From Nemertoderma westbladi (taxonomy: Eukaryota; Animalia; Xenacoelomorpha), in contig JAUCBJ010004156.1 of NCBI GenBank assembly GCA_032718475.1, positions 1 through 64,000 of the forward strand: a stretch of 64,000 bases of DNA. The letters run 5' to 3'. Positions 1 through 11,947 of this stretch are shown here, piece after piece (position 1 is the stretch's first letter; each line of letters opens with the position of its first letter). A program made the translations under genes and the position numbers. The notes beneath the pieces were generated by a model, which did no database searches, was not told the origin of the DNA, and saw nothing but the letters and a program-made list of their open reading frames with translations.

Positions 1-297
1 CGGACGATGTATACACCGAAAGGGAAATGGTTCTATTTAAATATCATACCCAGCGGAGTCGTAACGATAAACCGAGAATAGATCACGAAAATTATATTCG
101 TAACAGACTGGGAAGACGGACCCATATGTTTAGAATCTGAAGAGATTCAGCCCCCCACGTCTCGGAGTAGCGATAGCGACTACATATGGGAATGGTATCA
201 AGGTCCACAGTGTCTCACTGCGTACGATTATCACCATGCCAACTATGTTTCTCGGCAACGTTGTCGATTATGCGCATCGAGAGACCATGTTACGCCC

Positions 298-1191
298 ATG
301 GACACAAACGTCCGCTGTTCCTATTTCCACGAACAACCGACGATGGAAATTTATTGCGCGTATTACAGACTCAATAACTCGCACATTTTTGCGGTTTGCC
401 CTCAATTTATGACTCAATGCCATCATTGTCAATTAAAAGGACACGCCAGCTTTGATTGTCCCTTTAACCATGATTTAGAGAGCGTAGATGAAATGATTGT
501 ACTACGTTATATAAGAGCTTGGGAAGCGAACGCTGATTTACATTGTGACTCACGCCATCGCTATTATCCCGGACGCGCCTATGAAGGAGTTTATGCGTTC
601 CATCCATATTTGTTTGCCTCCGTCGAGCAGAAATCGCGCCTATCAAGTTATGAACTATTGAAGCGCGTTGGAGAATGTATTTCAACCAAATATGTGCGTA
701 AATTTCTCAGGAGCATTAATCCGAGTGACATCCAGTCTTACAATTTAATAAACTTTATCCGTCAAGACCCTGCCTATGGAGACTTATTCGTCAACTCACA
801 CCCTGAGTTACAAGAGGTATATCGACGGCCTTACGAGTATCGAGCCCGCGAACGCGAGTTAGAAAGAACCATTAAACCAAGAAAGTTTCTAACTGCCTAC
901 GGTCCACCCACGGCCCTCGTTCAGACCACTCGTAAAGGACCCGTAAGAGCGGCTGTCTTGAAACGAGCTCTCAAAGCCGTTAGACCCCTCTCCCCGGACG
1001 TTGATGTCCATCAACCCGGTACTTCGACCGGCGGATATACCGATCGCAATCCCATACCTTCTGATGCAATCATATTGCACCCTTCACCCCGGAGTTATAG
1101 CCCTCCTAGTAAAGTGGCTCGCCCCAAAGAGAAAAGGACTCTTGCTAGCTTCAAAAAACTGCGTAAACGCCGTCCGCGCAAGAAAGACTAA
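298..1191 (+). CDS. Orphan CCHC zinc-knuckle protein, probably an accessory ORF of a mobile element or endogenous virus
   Basis: 297-aa intronless ORF; the frame is open back to position 82. Perfect CX2CX4HX4C (CHHCQLKGHASFDC), two degenerate knuckles (CRLCASRDH upstream of the ATG; CAYYRLNNSHIFAVC) and a basic C-terminus (KKLRKRRPRKKD). Confidence 0.55.
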   Translation: MDTNVRCSYFHEQPTMEIYCAYYRLNNSHIFAVCPQFMTQCHHCQLKGHASFDCPFNHDLESVDEMIVLRYIRAWEANADLHCDSRHRYYPGRAYEGVYAFHPYLFASVEQKSRLSSYELLKRVGECISTKYVRKFLRSINPSDIQSYNLINFIRQDPAYGDLFVNSHPELQEVYRRPYEYRARERELERTIKPRKFLTAYGPPTALVQTTRKGPVRAAVLKRALKAVRPLSPDVDVHQPGTSTGGYTDRNPIPSDAIILHPSPRSYSPPSKVARPKEKRTLASFKKLRKRRPRKKD

Positions 1192-1269
1192 CTGTTTAGA
1201 GTATTTTTGTATTTTAGAAACTGTGATTTTGTATATTTTATAGACTTAAATCCCATTTTCTGGGAGCGG

Positions 1270-2400
1270 TGTAAAAGCTTTTGTGGGATAACTGATACGT
1301 TTGCCTATGCTGGCCAGTTCCCCCCCAGGCGCTGGAATACTCTAAAAAAGGTTTTCTAACTGTATATATATTCCCCTCGCCCGCAAGGTACCTTTACAGG
1401 TGTTTTAACGGACATAAAAATCATTCTGCCATATACGTGTTTTAGTGGACATGGTAAGACAAAAAACTTGTAATGCACCAACCACCTTTCACAGCTTAGC
1501 CGTGATGATTCATATTACGACATCTAGCAGCTGGTTGCTGACATGGAAACAGCCATTGGACGCGTGGTTCTTTGTTTGGCTTGGGCCAATCAGGGCGGTT
1601 TTTCCTGTCGACGTGTAGCTTTTCTGCCGATCATAAGGAGAGTGTTCAGTCTTACTGTTTTTTTCTTGTTACTTTGTTGTTATTGCTGTCTAAGCCAGAA
1701 ACACCGGCATTTTTGGATAGATACTGCTGTACCGTAAACTGCTTGAATTATCGAAAGTATAAACTGTTACCTCACTAACTAACTTCACTAATTGATCAAT
1801 CTTAATTAACATACTCACTTAATTTAATTGCATTAATCATATTGTTTGTACTGTTATTTTACCGTCAGTTATTAATTGTAAATATTTGTTGATGGAAATA
1901 TTGCTATTTGGATAATACGGATAAATCACCCAATTCCCAATTTTCTTGATAACACTACAGGTTAGAGAGACCGGCTATATATAACAATTGCGATTTATAT
2001 TAATGTGGTGTGTATTGAATCCAATGTTATTTAGCAGACCCTACGTGAGTCAATTACTGCTCTCTTTATGTGTGATCAAATATACTGACTGTCGGCAGAA
2101 TAGTGTGTATGATTGTGATTGGTAACAAAGTATTTCCTAAAGAATACGCTTTATACTTTAATCATAAGCAGTATCGTTGCGTTTTAGTATAAGTCCTAGT
2201 TCTGTTTAAATAGATAAAGCGCCACGTCCTAAAGGAACTGTTAATATTTCCCGAAAGCCAATAATATCTGTCAGAGATTAATTATTAACGATCTATCGAA
2301 TAATACATTAGGTATACACTGCAACCTTACACTGTAATAATACAATTCAAGCATCCGAATTCAGTCTCCCGGGTGTAGATCCATCGGGTGAATGATCGCG
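1270..2400 (+). mobile_element. Possible 3' LTR (boundary uncertain)
   Basis: Purine-rich GGGAGCGG directly followed by TGTAAAAG at 1270, 79 bp after the ORF stop; TATATATA near 1363; a matching CCTTTACA at 1391-1398. The second LTR is not in the window. Confidence 0.3.
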
Positions 2401-3337
2401 CATGGGCTGATTTCGGCTAATGTTTTGCGTATTAGCATAAATTATTGTCGTATGCTAAAGTGGTTTTAATTAACTAAAAGACATATAAAATTTGGCAGGT
2501 TAAACTGCTAAAGGTCTTCAAAAGCGCGAACACTTGGTACACATGTAGTCTGTCAAACGTTTAGAAATTCTTTCAATTTCTGAAATTGTAACAATTACAG
2601 TACAATTACAGTACAATTACTGTACTTACTGACTTTCTATCTATTAAAACACTAAATTTTTGGATATTTATTGTAAAGGGACTTTACATGCATAAAACCA
2701 AAAATTACTTGACTGAGGAATGATTCTTAGTTCAAATACTGTACTCATACTCTTATGCTTCCCCCTACTATTACTTTCAAGCAATATAACACTCCTTCAC
2801 CGAGTAACTCAAACAAATCTTGAGATTGACCTTAAAATCCACTTAAAGGTCACCTTGAAACTCAAGTTTTACCTTGACTATGATTTCCTTGAGTTTCAGT
2901 CAAGCGGGTAACTCAAAGCAATACTTAGTCATGGTAAAACTTGAAATTTCAAGGCTCACTTTGAGTATTAAAGATGGACGGCAGATTTGTTTATTTCCGC
3001 AGTTACCTTGGTTATGCAGTGAAACCCACTGTATAGTCCCAGTGTATTATAATCCCTGCAACACACAGCTTAGGCCTATTTAATACAGTAGGTTAAACAC
3101 ACTGTTGCAACACTTTGGCAATGGTAATTTCGATAACAACACGGACCTTTCTAAACAGTTGTTTAGAAGGCTGTACTGTAGTTAAGTTTACCGACTGCAG
3201 TAGCCTGTATATCGAAGTGACATACTGTATCTGGAAATAGTCACGGTTGTGAGGGTGAGCATTGAGCAATGTACTGTAGTCCTTAAATGAAAATTGGGAA
3301 CTATAGAGATGCAACTGAGTATAAGGTGGTTACTTAA

Positions 3338-4065
3338 GGGGGGAGGGGTGGGGGGGTACACCATTTCGGTCCAAAATATGTCGAAATATGATGCACATAT
3401 CGATTATAACGCACCATTTAATGGTGTTTCCAAAACTGAAAACCGTTATTTAAAATCTCTTTTAGTTTTCAAGTTATAACAATTTGAAATTACTATTACA
3501 ATGTATAATGAAAGGTCGATTATCTCCAAATATTTTTTTTATGAAATTGTCAACTTCAAAACCCTACGACTTCTACAATTGTTGAGCAATTAGTTTGAAA
3601 ATTTCTGTTGGTGTCTAGATAGCCACCCTGCATAAAAGTATCAGACAACTTTTTGAAATTTTTTGTTAATAAAATTTAATACTATTTATATCAAAGGTAA
3701 GAGATTAGCATAAATTTATAGCGCCACCTAGCGGTGCAGAATTATTTTCACAAAATTTCGCCTGACGGTTATGTTTCCCCATCTTTGATCTATCATATAA
3801 AAAAACTTTTATGTGATTAGATTCAGAACTGTAACCTTAGGGTTTTAAGCGCAACCAATTTTTTGTATTGTTAACTAGATTTAACTAAATATTAAATAGG
3901 GAAAAATTAAATTGTTCTGACCTGTCATGTAGAATAGCATCTTAGGTAGCTATATTCCACATTATAGCCAAAACCAAACAATTTTGAAACGCTGAGAATG
4001 ATAAATCAAAGAGTTGTCCGAAAATGGTGTACCCCCCCCCCCCCCCCCCCCCCCCCCCACATCCC
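3338..4065. mobile_element. TTAA-specific MITE, Kolobok-like
   Basis: TTAA at 3334-3337 and 4066-4069; TIRs GGG...GGGGGTACACCATTTCGG and CCGAAAATGGTGTACCCC...CCC. 5'-GG termini fit Kolobok rather than piggyBac (CCY). Confidence 0.75.
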
Positions 4066-4185
4066 TTAAAATGACTAAGAAAAACCCACATTGAGCTACT
4101 GTACAACGAGATTACTGATCATTCCATTGTTGTAGTAATGGAGATGGTATGGTGTAATACTTACATCGTAGGGCTTATTTTTATT

Positions 4186-4789
4186 GGCTAGAGTTCCGTA
4201 CGTCCCCCCATTTTTAAAATGACTTGAATTGCCCGTGTATTGTCGGTCATTTAATGTTATGGAAAATATTTTTTATATTGTACTATTGCATTTGTTTATT
4301 ACATACAAATAGTTGATTTTTTATAAAAATAACTTTATACGGTTCTCTGAATTTATATCTATTGCTTCACGCCGACAGTAGTCGTAAGAGTCATTGACAG
4401 AGTATGAGTATATTATATTATACTTTCAGGCGCCAGTATCACTCCCACAAACCATGTTCCCTTTGTTATTGAAATTTCGTTATCTCTACATTCTCCTTTT
4501 CTGCATCTAAATCTTCCAATTCCCTTAGTTTTTTCATTAAAATGCATGTCAGTGTGATGCACAGTGCATATCTTTTTTTTTGGAAGAAGATTAACTCCCT
4601 GTAACCAGTTAATTGTCGATGTCCTGCCCCTGCACACGCTGTACAAATGACGGCGATTGATAATGGAACACATTTTCTCTGCTTTTTTTAGAATGTTCTA
4701 GAATATTTAAGTAGCGACGCTCAAGAAACATGGTATTATGGTATAGTAAAAAAATCTCGCAAAATGGGGGGACGTACGGAACTGTTCCC
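4186..4789 (-). mobile_element. Merlin (IS1016/IS1595-like) deletion derivative with N-terminal transposase fragment
   Basis: 8-bp TSD TTTTTATT (4178-4185, 4790-4797); TIRs GGCTAGAGTTCCGTACGTCCCCCC / GGGGGGACGTACGGAACTGTTCCC. ORF 4413-4673 has WLQ..NLLP...C...M...FRCRK..C...SITKGTWF, typical of the Merlin N-terminal Zn ribbon. Confidence 0.8.
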
Positions 4790-6382
4790 TTTTTATTTAT
4801 ACCACCCAATTATACTGAACTCTTGTTACGATTCATAAATTAATTTTCTTCAAAAACACTACCACTGTTACCATATAAAAAACCATTAGCAAAGCATTAT
4901 TATTTGCGATATAAAAATCATTAGCTAAACACATAATAATACCGGTAGCTATTATAACAATAATAGCTTTACATACTGCAGAGTATAACTCCCCACCTAC
5001 TGTATCATTCATATGTATATTATTCATGATAAAGTGAGTGTTATTTAAAAATTTCGAGGTGGGGGTATTCCGCAAAAATGCCACTTATTGTACCGGTAGC
5101 AGTAGGCTAACAGTAACAGCTAAAAAGATGATATTTAAAGATACCTTGAATTTTGAAGGTACCTCCATGGCCACCTTGAAATTTATCTCGAACCTTGATT
5201 TCAACTCAAGTCAAGATTTGTTGTGTTACCGGCTTGAAATGTCAAGTTTACCTTGAGAAAATCTGAAGTCTACCTTAAGGTTGACCTTGAAATATTTCAG
5301 ATAGGAATCCTAGTAAAATAGACTCAAGGTCAATCTCAATATTTTTTGAGTTACTCGGCCCTGGCTTCACATATTAAATTAATACAGTACAGTGCACTAA
5401 TGTAATCGCCATTATAATGGTAAAGTATGGGACAATTTTCAATTGGCCGTCATGATATTTCTGATGGAGTAGAGATGAAACTAATTGTTTTATAAGATAA
5501 CGCAAGACAAACGTGCATTCCACTACTGGTTGATTAGGCTGAGTTAGCACTTCTCCTTCTCTTGTGTACAAATTAAAATTGTCACTATTTTTGGTAAAGT
5601 ATGGGACTTTACATGCATAAAAACCCAAAGATTTCTTGGCTGAGGAATGATTCTCAGTTCAAATACTGTATGTATATACTTCTATGCTTACGGCCTACTA
5701 CAGTATCATCTTAAAGTATTATAACACTCCTGGATTCACATATTAAATTAATACAGTGCACTAATGTAATTGCCATTTTAATGGTAAAGTAGGCCTATGG
5801 GACAATTTTCAATTGGCCGCCACGATATTTCTGGGTGAGTGGAGATAAATCAATTTGTTTCATAAGATGAGGCAACACAAATGTGCTTTGCATTCCACTG
5901 GGTGATTAGGCTGAGTTAGGCTGATTAGCCTGAGTACTTCTCTGCGAATAAACTATAAGTTTCACTATTTTAGGTAAACTAGTCAAATTAAAAGAAGCCA
6001 AAAAAATTAGAAAATGGGTTTGTTTTTGATTTGATACATGCTCAGAAATGTTAATTTTTTGGCCATAGGAAGTGCCTCTACAGCAGACGAAACTTTTGCA
6101 CACTTTTATTCACAATTTGTGCAGAGCAGGTGAATAATTTGTAATTCGACTATTTTTGAGAAACCGCCTATGTTAGTGCATTTTTTAGCACTGAATTCAT
6201 GAAGTACGATAAATTTTGACCTAAAATAAGTATAAAATCGAAGCTATAGGAACAATCTCATTTTTCGAAATTAGTGGTGAGGGTGTCATTTTCATTGAAT
6301 GAGCCTACTCCAGTACTTATTTAGCTACCACTTAAGGATGGCTGGTCCCTTCGAAGCATTCGTGCCGAAACGAAAACTGCCC

Positions 6383-6409
6383 TGGCCCATGCGAGGATTG
6401 AACCCACGA
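6383..6409 (-). pseudogene. tRNA(Ile)-like 3' half (T arm and acceptor), probably a SINE or repeat fragment
   Basis: Reverse complement TCGTGGGTTCAATCCTCGCATGGGCCA contains a B box and ends like tRNA-Ile; no D arm or anticodon arm. Confidence 0.45.
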
Positions 6410-7229
6410 TAGATGGGAACATTACTAGGTCTTACTTTTACTTAATTATCTAACTACTGTTGTAGCCGACAATGATTTCATCCTATAATCGTTTCACCAA
6501 TTAATGAGCGCCATATTGCGGCTAATAGCGGCATCCGAGAGTGAGTAACGAATTTCCCTCAGTAGCTGCTGGAGGGATGAGAAGTACACCGCCATAAACG
6601 AATCATCATCAGTAATAATAATTAAGATCTTCGGAATTTAGCGATACATTTTGGATGAAGCGAGCAGCATTGTGAAATAAATCACAATACCACTTTATTC
6701 TCCGTAGACCTTGAGATGTTTCGGAAGCAACCGTGGAGCAATTTCAACTTGGCCCAGGTAATATGGCCTTTAATCTTTATTCCTATATTGGTGGTTGCAA
6801 CTGGTCTGGCTGGGCCTGGAGACAGGGGGCGGATCCAGGAATTTAATTTCTATGGTGCGCACAATTTGTGAAGTTTATCTTTTGGACTAAGGGCGCTGCC
6901 CTATTTTCGATAGCTAAAAATATTTTTCAAAAATTTTAAAAATTCTAGGAGATGAAATAATGATAATTTATTTAAATCAGAGGCCTATATATTAAATAAT
7001 AATTAGTAACTAATTACTATAACTAATAAGCAGCTTGGTCTACTGTAGTGGTGACATTCCTGGGCTCCATCTCCATCCAGACTGGTTCGATACCTAGATT
7101 GGGGCCGGGGTAGTACTATTTGGGCACTGTGCTTTAAATGCTGCAGCCTAGCCCAACCCGGGATTTCATCCTTGGATGGTCGGTAAATGGGAACCAAGGC
7201 AACTTGGGAAATATAGTGGAATGGTTTGC

Positions 7230-7698
7230 TGTGGAAGATCACCCATATGGTGGTGAACAGGCAATCCTTTAGGAAACAGAGTGGAGGGGTTAATTGTGGA
7301 AGATCACCAATAATGGTGGTTAACAGGCATTCCTTTAGGAAACAGAGTGGAAGGGTTTACTGTGGAAGATCACTAATGGTGGTGAACAGGCATTCTCTTA
7401 GGAAACGGAGTGGAAGGGTTTACTGTGGAAGATCACTCATGGTGGTGAACAGGCATTCTCTTAGGAAACGGAGTGGAAGGGTTTACTGTGGAAGATCACC
7501 AATAATGGTGGTTAACAGGCATTCCTTTAGGAAACAGAGCCGAAGGGTTTACTGTGGAAGATCACTAATGGTGGTGAACAGGCATTCTCTTAGGAAACGG
7601 AGTGGAAGGGTTTACTGTGGAAGATCACTCTCACTCATGGTGGTGAACAGACATTCCTTTAGGAAGCGGAGTGGATGGGTTGACTGTGGAATATCACC
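7230..7698 (+). repeat. Minisatellite, 60-66-bp unit, about 7.5 copies
   Basis: TGTGGAAGATCAC(CAA)TAATGGTGGTGAACAGGCATTC.TTAGGAAAC.GAGTGGAAGGGTTTAC repeated; explains ORF 7226-7840. Confidence 0.95.
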
Positions 7699-8177
7699 CT
7701 TTCATCCGAGAATTAAAATAATTGCCTATTTTATATTTGTGATAACAACAACCGTAAATCAACCTAGTCTAATTAAAAGGATTGGAATGGAAGTGGGCGC
7801 GCTTCATTTTTATTTTATAAGAATAGAAATATTACAGTAATAAATTTAACGTTATTATATAGAATATTGAAATAAAACATTTCAATTAGGGTGGTCTGTA
7901 TCGATTTACATTTTAAACTGTAGCTGTGTGTTAAACTTTTATATATTTCGTATATTGCAAAAATAAAACTGTAACCTATATTATTGAGTTATCGTTTATT
8001 GTTTTGGTTAGAAAAGCCCGCCACTGTAACCTGCTCCTTTCCGTTAATCAAGAAATGTTCTCAGCCTAAGCTGAGAAGACTGGGTGGGGAGTCATATTTG
8101 GTGGGGAGTTATCTGAGCCTGTTACACCGGCCAACAGTACCGGTATTACAGCACGGCCCGGCTTCCTAATTTCATTT

Positions 8178-8797
8178 GTAGGTCCTATGGGTTGTAGGTC
8201 CTATGGGTTGTAGGTACTATGGGTTGTAGATACTTTGGGTTGTAGGTACTGTGGGTTGTATAGGTACTGTGGGTTGTAGGTCCTATGGGTTGTAGGTCCT
8301 GTGGATTGTAGGTCCTATGGGTTGTAGGTACTATGGGTTGTAGGTACTGTGGGTTGTATAGGTACTGTGGGTTGTAGGTCCTATGGGTTGTAGGTCCTGT
8401 GGATTGTAGGTCCTATGGGTTGTAGGTACTATGGGTTGTAGGTACTGTGGGTTGTATAGGTACTGTGGGTTGTAGGTCCTATGGGTTGTAGGTCCTATGA
8501 GTTGTAGGTCCTATGGGTTGTAGGTACTGTGGGTTGTAGGTCCTATGGGTTGTAGGTCCTGTGGATTGTAGGTCCTATGGGTTGTAGGTCCTGTGGGTTA
8601 TAGGTCTTATGGGTTGTGGTTACTATGGGTTGTATGTACTATGGGTTGTAGGTCATATGGGTTGTAGGTCTTATGGGTTATGGATACTATGGGTTGTAGG
8701 TACTATGGGTTGTAGGTAGATATGGGTTCTAGGTCTTATGGGTTATGGGTACTATGGGTTGTAGGTACTATGGGTTGTAGGTACGTGGGTGTATCCC
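8178..8797 (+). repeat. 16-bp minisatellite (GTAGGTCCTATGGGTT), about 38 copies, ending in a TIR-like terminus
   Basis: Direct reading; ends TGGGTGTATCCC, whose reverse complement matches GGTTTACACCCATAGGACCTAC at 11948. Confidence 0.9.
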
Positions 8798-9121
8798 ATC
8801 GCTCGCTAATGCTCGCTCGGCAAATGTTATACATGATCAGTAAATAAAGCTATTTTATTTGGTTGCCACGGCGGCGTTATCCAATTCGGGTTGCCGTCGG
8901 GTTTCTCACTATGCCGTGAATAGGGTATATCGGTATTTTGCAAACTGCTGATAGCTAGCTGATTGATAAAAGGCCTACGGAGCATTATGACCGAACTATT
9001 TTTATGCAGCGATCCTTTTATCAGCCATGAGGAGAAAAAACACTGGTAATTTGAAGAATAAAATATGTAAGTACACATGCGCTGACATTAATGTTTTGTT
9101 TAGAAAAAAAAACTGTAACAA

Positions 9122-10560
9122 TTAAGAATGAGACCCCACATATATTCCTTTTGGCATGGCGGGGGTGTTAACCCAGCATCGAGTCTGCCTGCACCATTGT
9201 TCATCACGCTTTATTCGTTTTCTAACAGAGGGTGTATTTATTTGCCTATACACTTTGTTGCCGGGTTTCTTTCTATTGATCCAAAGTGCCAAAACCACAG
9301 CTCTCCGACTCTGCCTTGGCAATTATTATTCCAGCAACAGCAATGAGTGCAATCGATAGCTCATTGGAGCATCAGTTATTTTGAGTGCGGGTAATTGGCC
9401 CCTTGGACATATATAACTTGGTTTACAGTGCGTCTTTCTATGGCTGAAGCTGTGCCAATCAATAAGAATGATGATGCGTTTTGCGACCCGGCGGTTCCTT
9501 TCGCTATTTATGGGGAGCCATGGAATGGAATTGGTCTTGCGGCGACGGCCGCTTAATGGCGGAGTATAACGGCTATGGGCTATGGTTCAATGTGCGAAAG
9601 TAATCAATGTTTTCAATGCATTGGTGTCAAAGCGAACAAAAGGCCGTTGGACGAGGTAGACATATTGGCGCCATGTGGGGCTCCTGATTTAGATTGGAGC
9701 TGTTAGTTAGTTGTGTTTGTGTACGTTTGGTTAGAGTGTGCGGAGTTCAGGGTATCAATGTCTATCATACATATGTTGCAATGTATATTAACAACACTTC
9801 AACAGTAGAATGGGTCTTAAAAGGAACTCACCCCGTGTCTAAACTTACCGCGGGTCTGAATAAGGTGTGAATAATAAATGTTTTGATGTTCCAGTATGTG
9901 AAACGATAATCGCTTTCTTAATCTTCATCGTTAATAGTATTCTTGTATCTGCTAAGTCAGCGAGTCTGAAGGATTCACAAACTGCCTTCCGAATTGCGAA
10001 AAATTTATGGGTAGCTGAATTGAGATTATTGAAATTGCGTTTCGTCTCTTCCTCGTCAAAAGTTCCCAAATCCCACCAGAACCCAAAACACGACAACAGA
10101 TTATATTTCCAGAAGTTATCATCATGTGAAAACGAAATACCGGTTGTTACCTTTGGCACCTTGGAGGAGTCTCTATACAATTGTATGCCCACATAATGCG
10201 GCACTCCTAAACATTTGCCAGGTGCGATCGAATCAATTGTTGTTGCGTTGTAGCTGGAAGTGGTTGTAATATTGGTAAATATGTATGAACGACGGCTTAT
10301 ATGTAAGCTATCCTGAGCTGGTGTCTGGCCCAGTATAGATACAATGAGTTTTACTATCGATTATACTTGGTTCACATTTCGAGTAGGTGATCCTTTGGGG
10401 CGAACGTAGTAGTGTGCCCAGCCTTAACCATCAAGGGACGTCATTGCACCTGTCTTTTCCAAGACTATAACGATTCCACTATATACCAGAACGGATGACC
10501 ATTTCGTCGGATATCATCCTATATCCGATGGCCTTTTATGATTCAGTGAACAGGTTCCCA
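9122..10560 (-). pseudogene. Highly decayed Penelope-like retroelement (RT and GIY-YIG tail remnants)
   Basis: Broken minus-strand peptides in the expected order: DEMVIR..SGIVIVLEKT (cf. DIVIKPADKGSAIVIM), HYYVRPK (cf. FYxLPKIHK), EEETKRNFNNLNSATHKF..LADTRILL..TGTSKHLLFTPYSDP (cf. F..LN..IKFT..FLD..TD..QYL..S.HP), RDEQW...TPAMPKGI (cf. RE..W..L.T..P.GLN). Confidence 0.5.
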
Positions 10561-11699
10561 TGATTCATCCATCTACGCATCTACATAGTTTAGTGTACTG
10601 TATGTAATATTTGAAGGTTTATATATCAATTGGTGTGAGTGTTTTGTGAGGATATGTAACTGCATTATGTGATTTACTCTTTCAGTGTGGATAGACATGT
10701 AAATGTTTCATGTTACTGCATTAATGCACAACTCTTATGGTGTTGATGTTCGTAAAATATTGCTGAACGGCAATACTGATTGATGAGGCTTGGATATCCT
10801 TCCTGCATTCGTATTCACCTTTGGTGCATGTATAACTGTTTAGAGTGATGGTCGCAATCTCAATCTAATATAAGAATAGCAATGTTCCTATAAGCATGGC
10901 ACCGGTTATTGTGCACAAACTACTGGAGTATTTCATCATTTCCCTACGGGTATAATCTCCCCCATAAAGACCACTTACATTGTAACTCTCCGTAGCAGCG
11001 ATCGATATCTATTTGTTGCTACCAGCACTCCACTAGAACGATCTGTTTTGTAGATTGGCAGCCTTTCCGCGCTGACGCCTTCTACTCCCGCTGTTCTAAC
11101 AGATGTCTTTGTGCATCACATCAGTGCGGGGTCTCAAACGATCTCTGTCTAACTATCATGCCTATTGCTGTGGTCTGTACATCACTGACGTTACAGAGAG
11201 AACGAATAGAATTCATTGATTCTGACTGCTGGAAACATTCTCAACATACAAGCATTACTCTTCTCATACCAATTATTTATTTCAAAATATTTCCGAGTAG
11301 CACTTTTTACATATTTCAGATGTCAACAGCATTCTTTACCTTTTTTATGGACAGATGGATGGTGAAAGAGCTGTAGAAAATGTCAATCAGTAACAGTAAT
11401 GAAAATCATGTTTGGAAACATAACCTCAGCCAATGCAACCAATAAATTTACCTTACACGTTAGTCGTTAGACCAATATTACTGTTTTCGCAATACGAAAT
11501 ATTACAAAAGATGAATAAAATTATATTATGTAACTGTATATTGGAAGGGTGAAACGAAGCCTATCAGGTTATTTATAATAGTGATGTGAATATAAATGTA
11601 TATCACCTTGTAAGAATTATTATTTTTAAATATTATTAAACTTTTGTGATAAAATTGGTTGGAATTAAAAATATACCATTAATACATAAAACAATATCA

Positions 11700-11938
11700 A
11701 ACAAATTCATACCTCCCTCCTCCTTGGGTGAGCCAGAATATATATATCCCTTTTTTTATTCTTTAGATACAGCTACAAGCGTTTGAAAATGTGTCTCATA
11801 TTGCAACAGAGCAGTTACACCGCAGTTATTCTTCACACTTCTTATAATAATTAGTTGGCAATGTTAGAAAGCTCACCATGCAAGGATTCTTAATATGTAA
11901 GACAATCTGAATTTCGTTTAAAATAGCAAAGAAAGGGG
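11700..11938 (+). repeat. Dispersed repeat, with related copies at ~13575-13680 and ~16545-16670
   Basis: Shared CCTCC..CTCCTT..GG.GAG..AGAATATAT block and TTGGCA.TGTTAGAAAGCT...AATATGTAA...AATCTGAATTT block. Confidence 0.65.
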
Positions 11939-11947
11939 CATTCGATA

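Larger units (their letters stand above)
2800..5358. mobile_element. Non-autonomous TIR DNA transposon hosting two nested insertions
   Basis: Left CCGAGTAACTCAAACAAATCTTGAGATTGACCTT; right AAGGTCAATCTCAATATTTTTTGAGTTACTCGG (inverted, ~33 bp). Many subterminal ACCTTGA/TCAAGGT motifs. Interrupts a sequence that is intact in the neighbouring duplicate (ATAACACTCCTGGATTCAC). Confidence 0.8.
2678..5990 (+). repeat. Diverged ~370-bp tandem duplication, first copy interrupted by a transposon
   Basis: GGGACTTTACATGCATAAAA...GAGGAATGATTCT.AGTTCAAATACTGTA at 2678 and 5602; TTCACATATTAAATTAATACAGT...GGGACAATTTTCAATTGGCCG at ~5367 and ~5735. Confidence 0.8.

Noticed and set aside
7226-7840. 204-aa Arg-rich repeat protein
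   Set aside because: Coincides with a minisatellite; units of 60/63/66 bp keep frame, but there is no other coding evidence.
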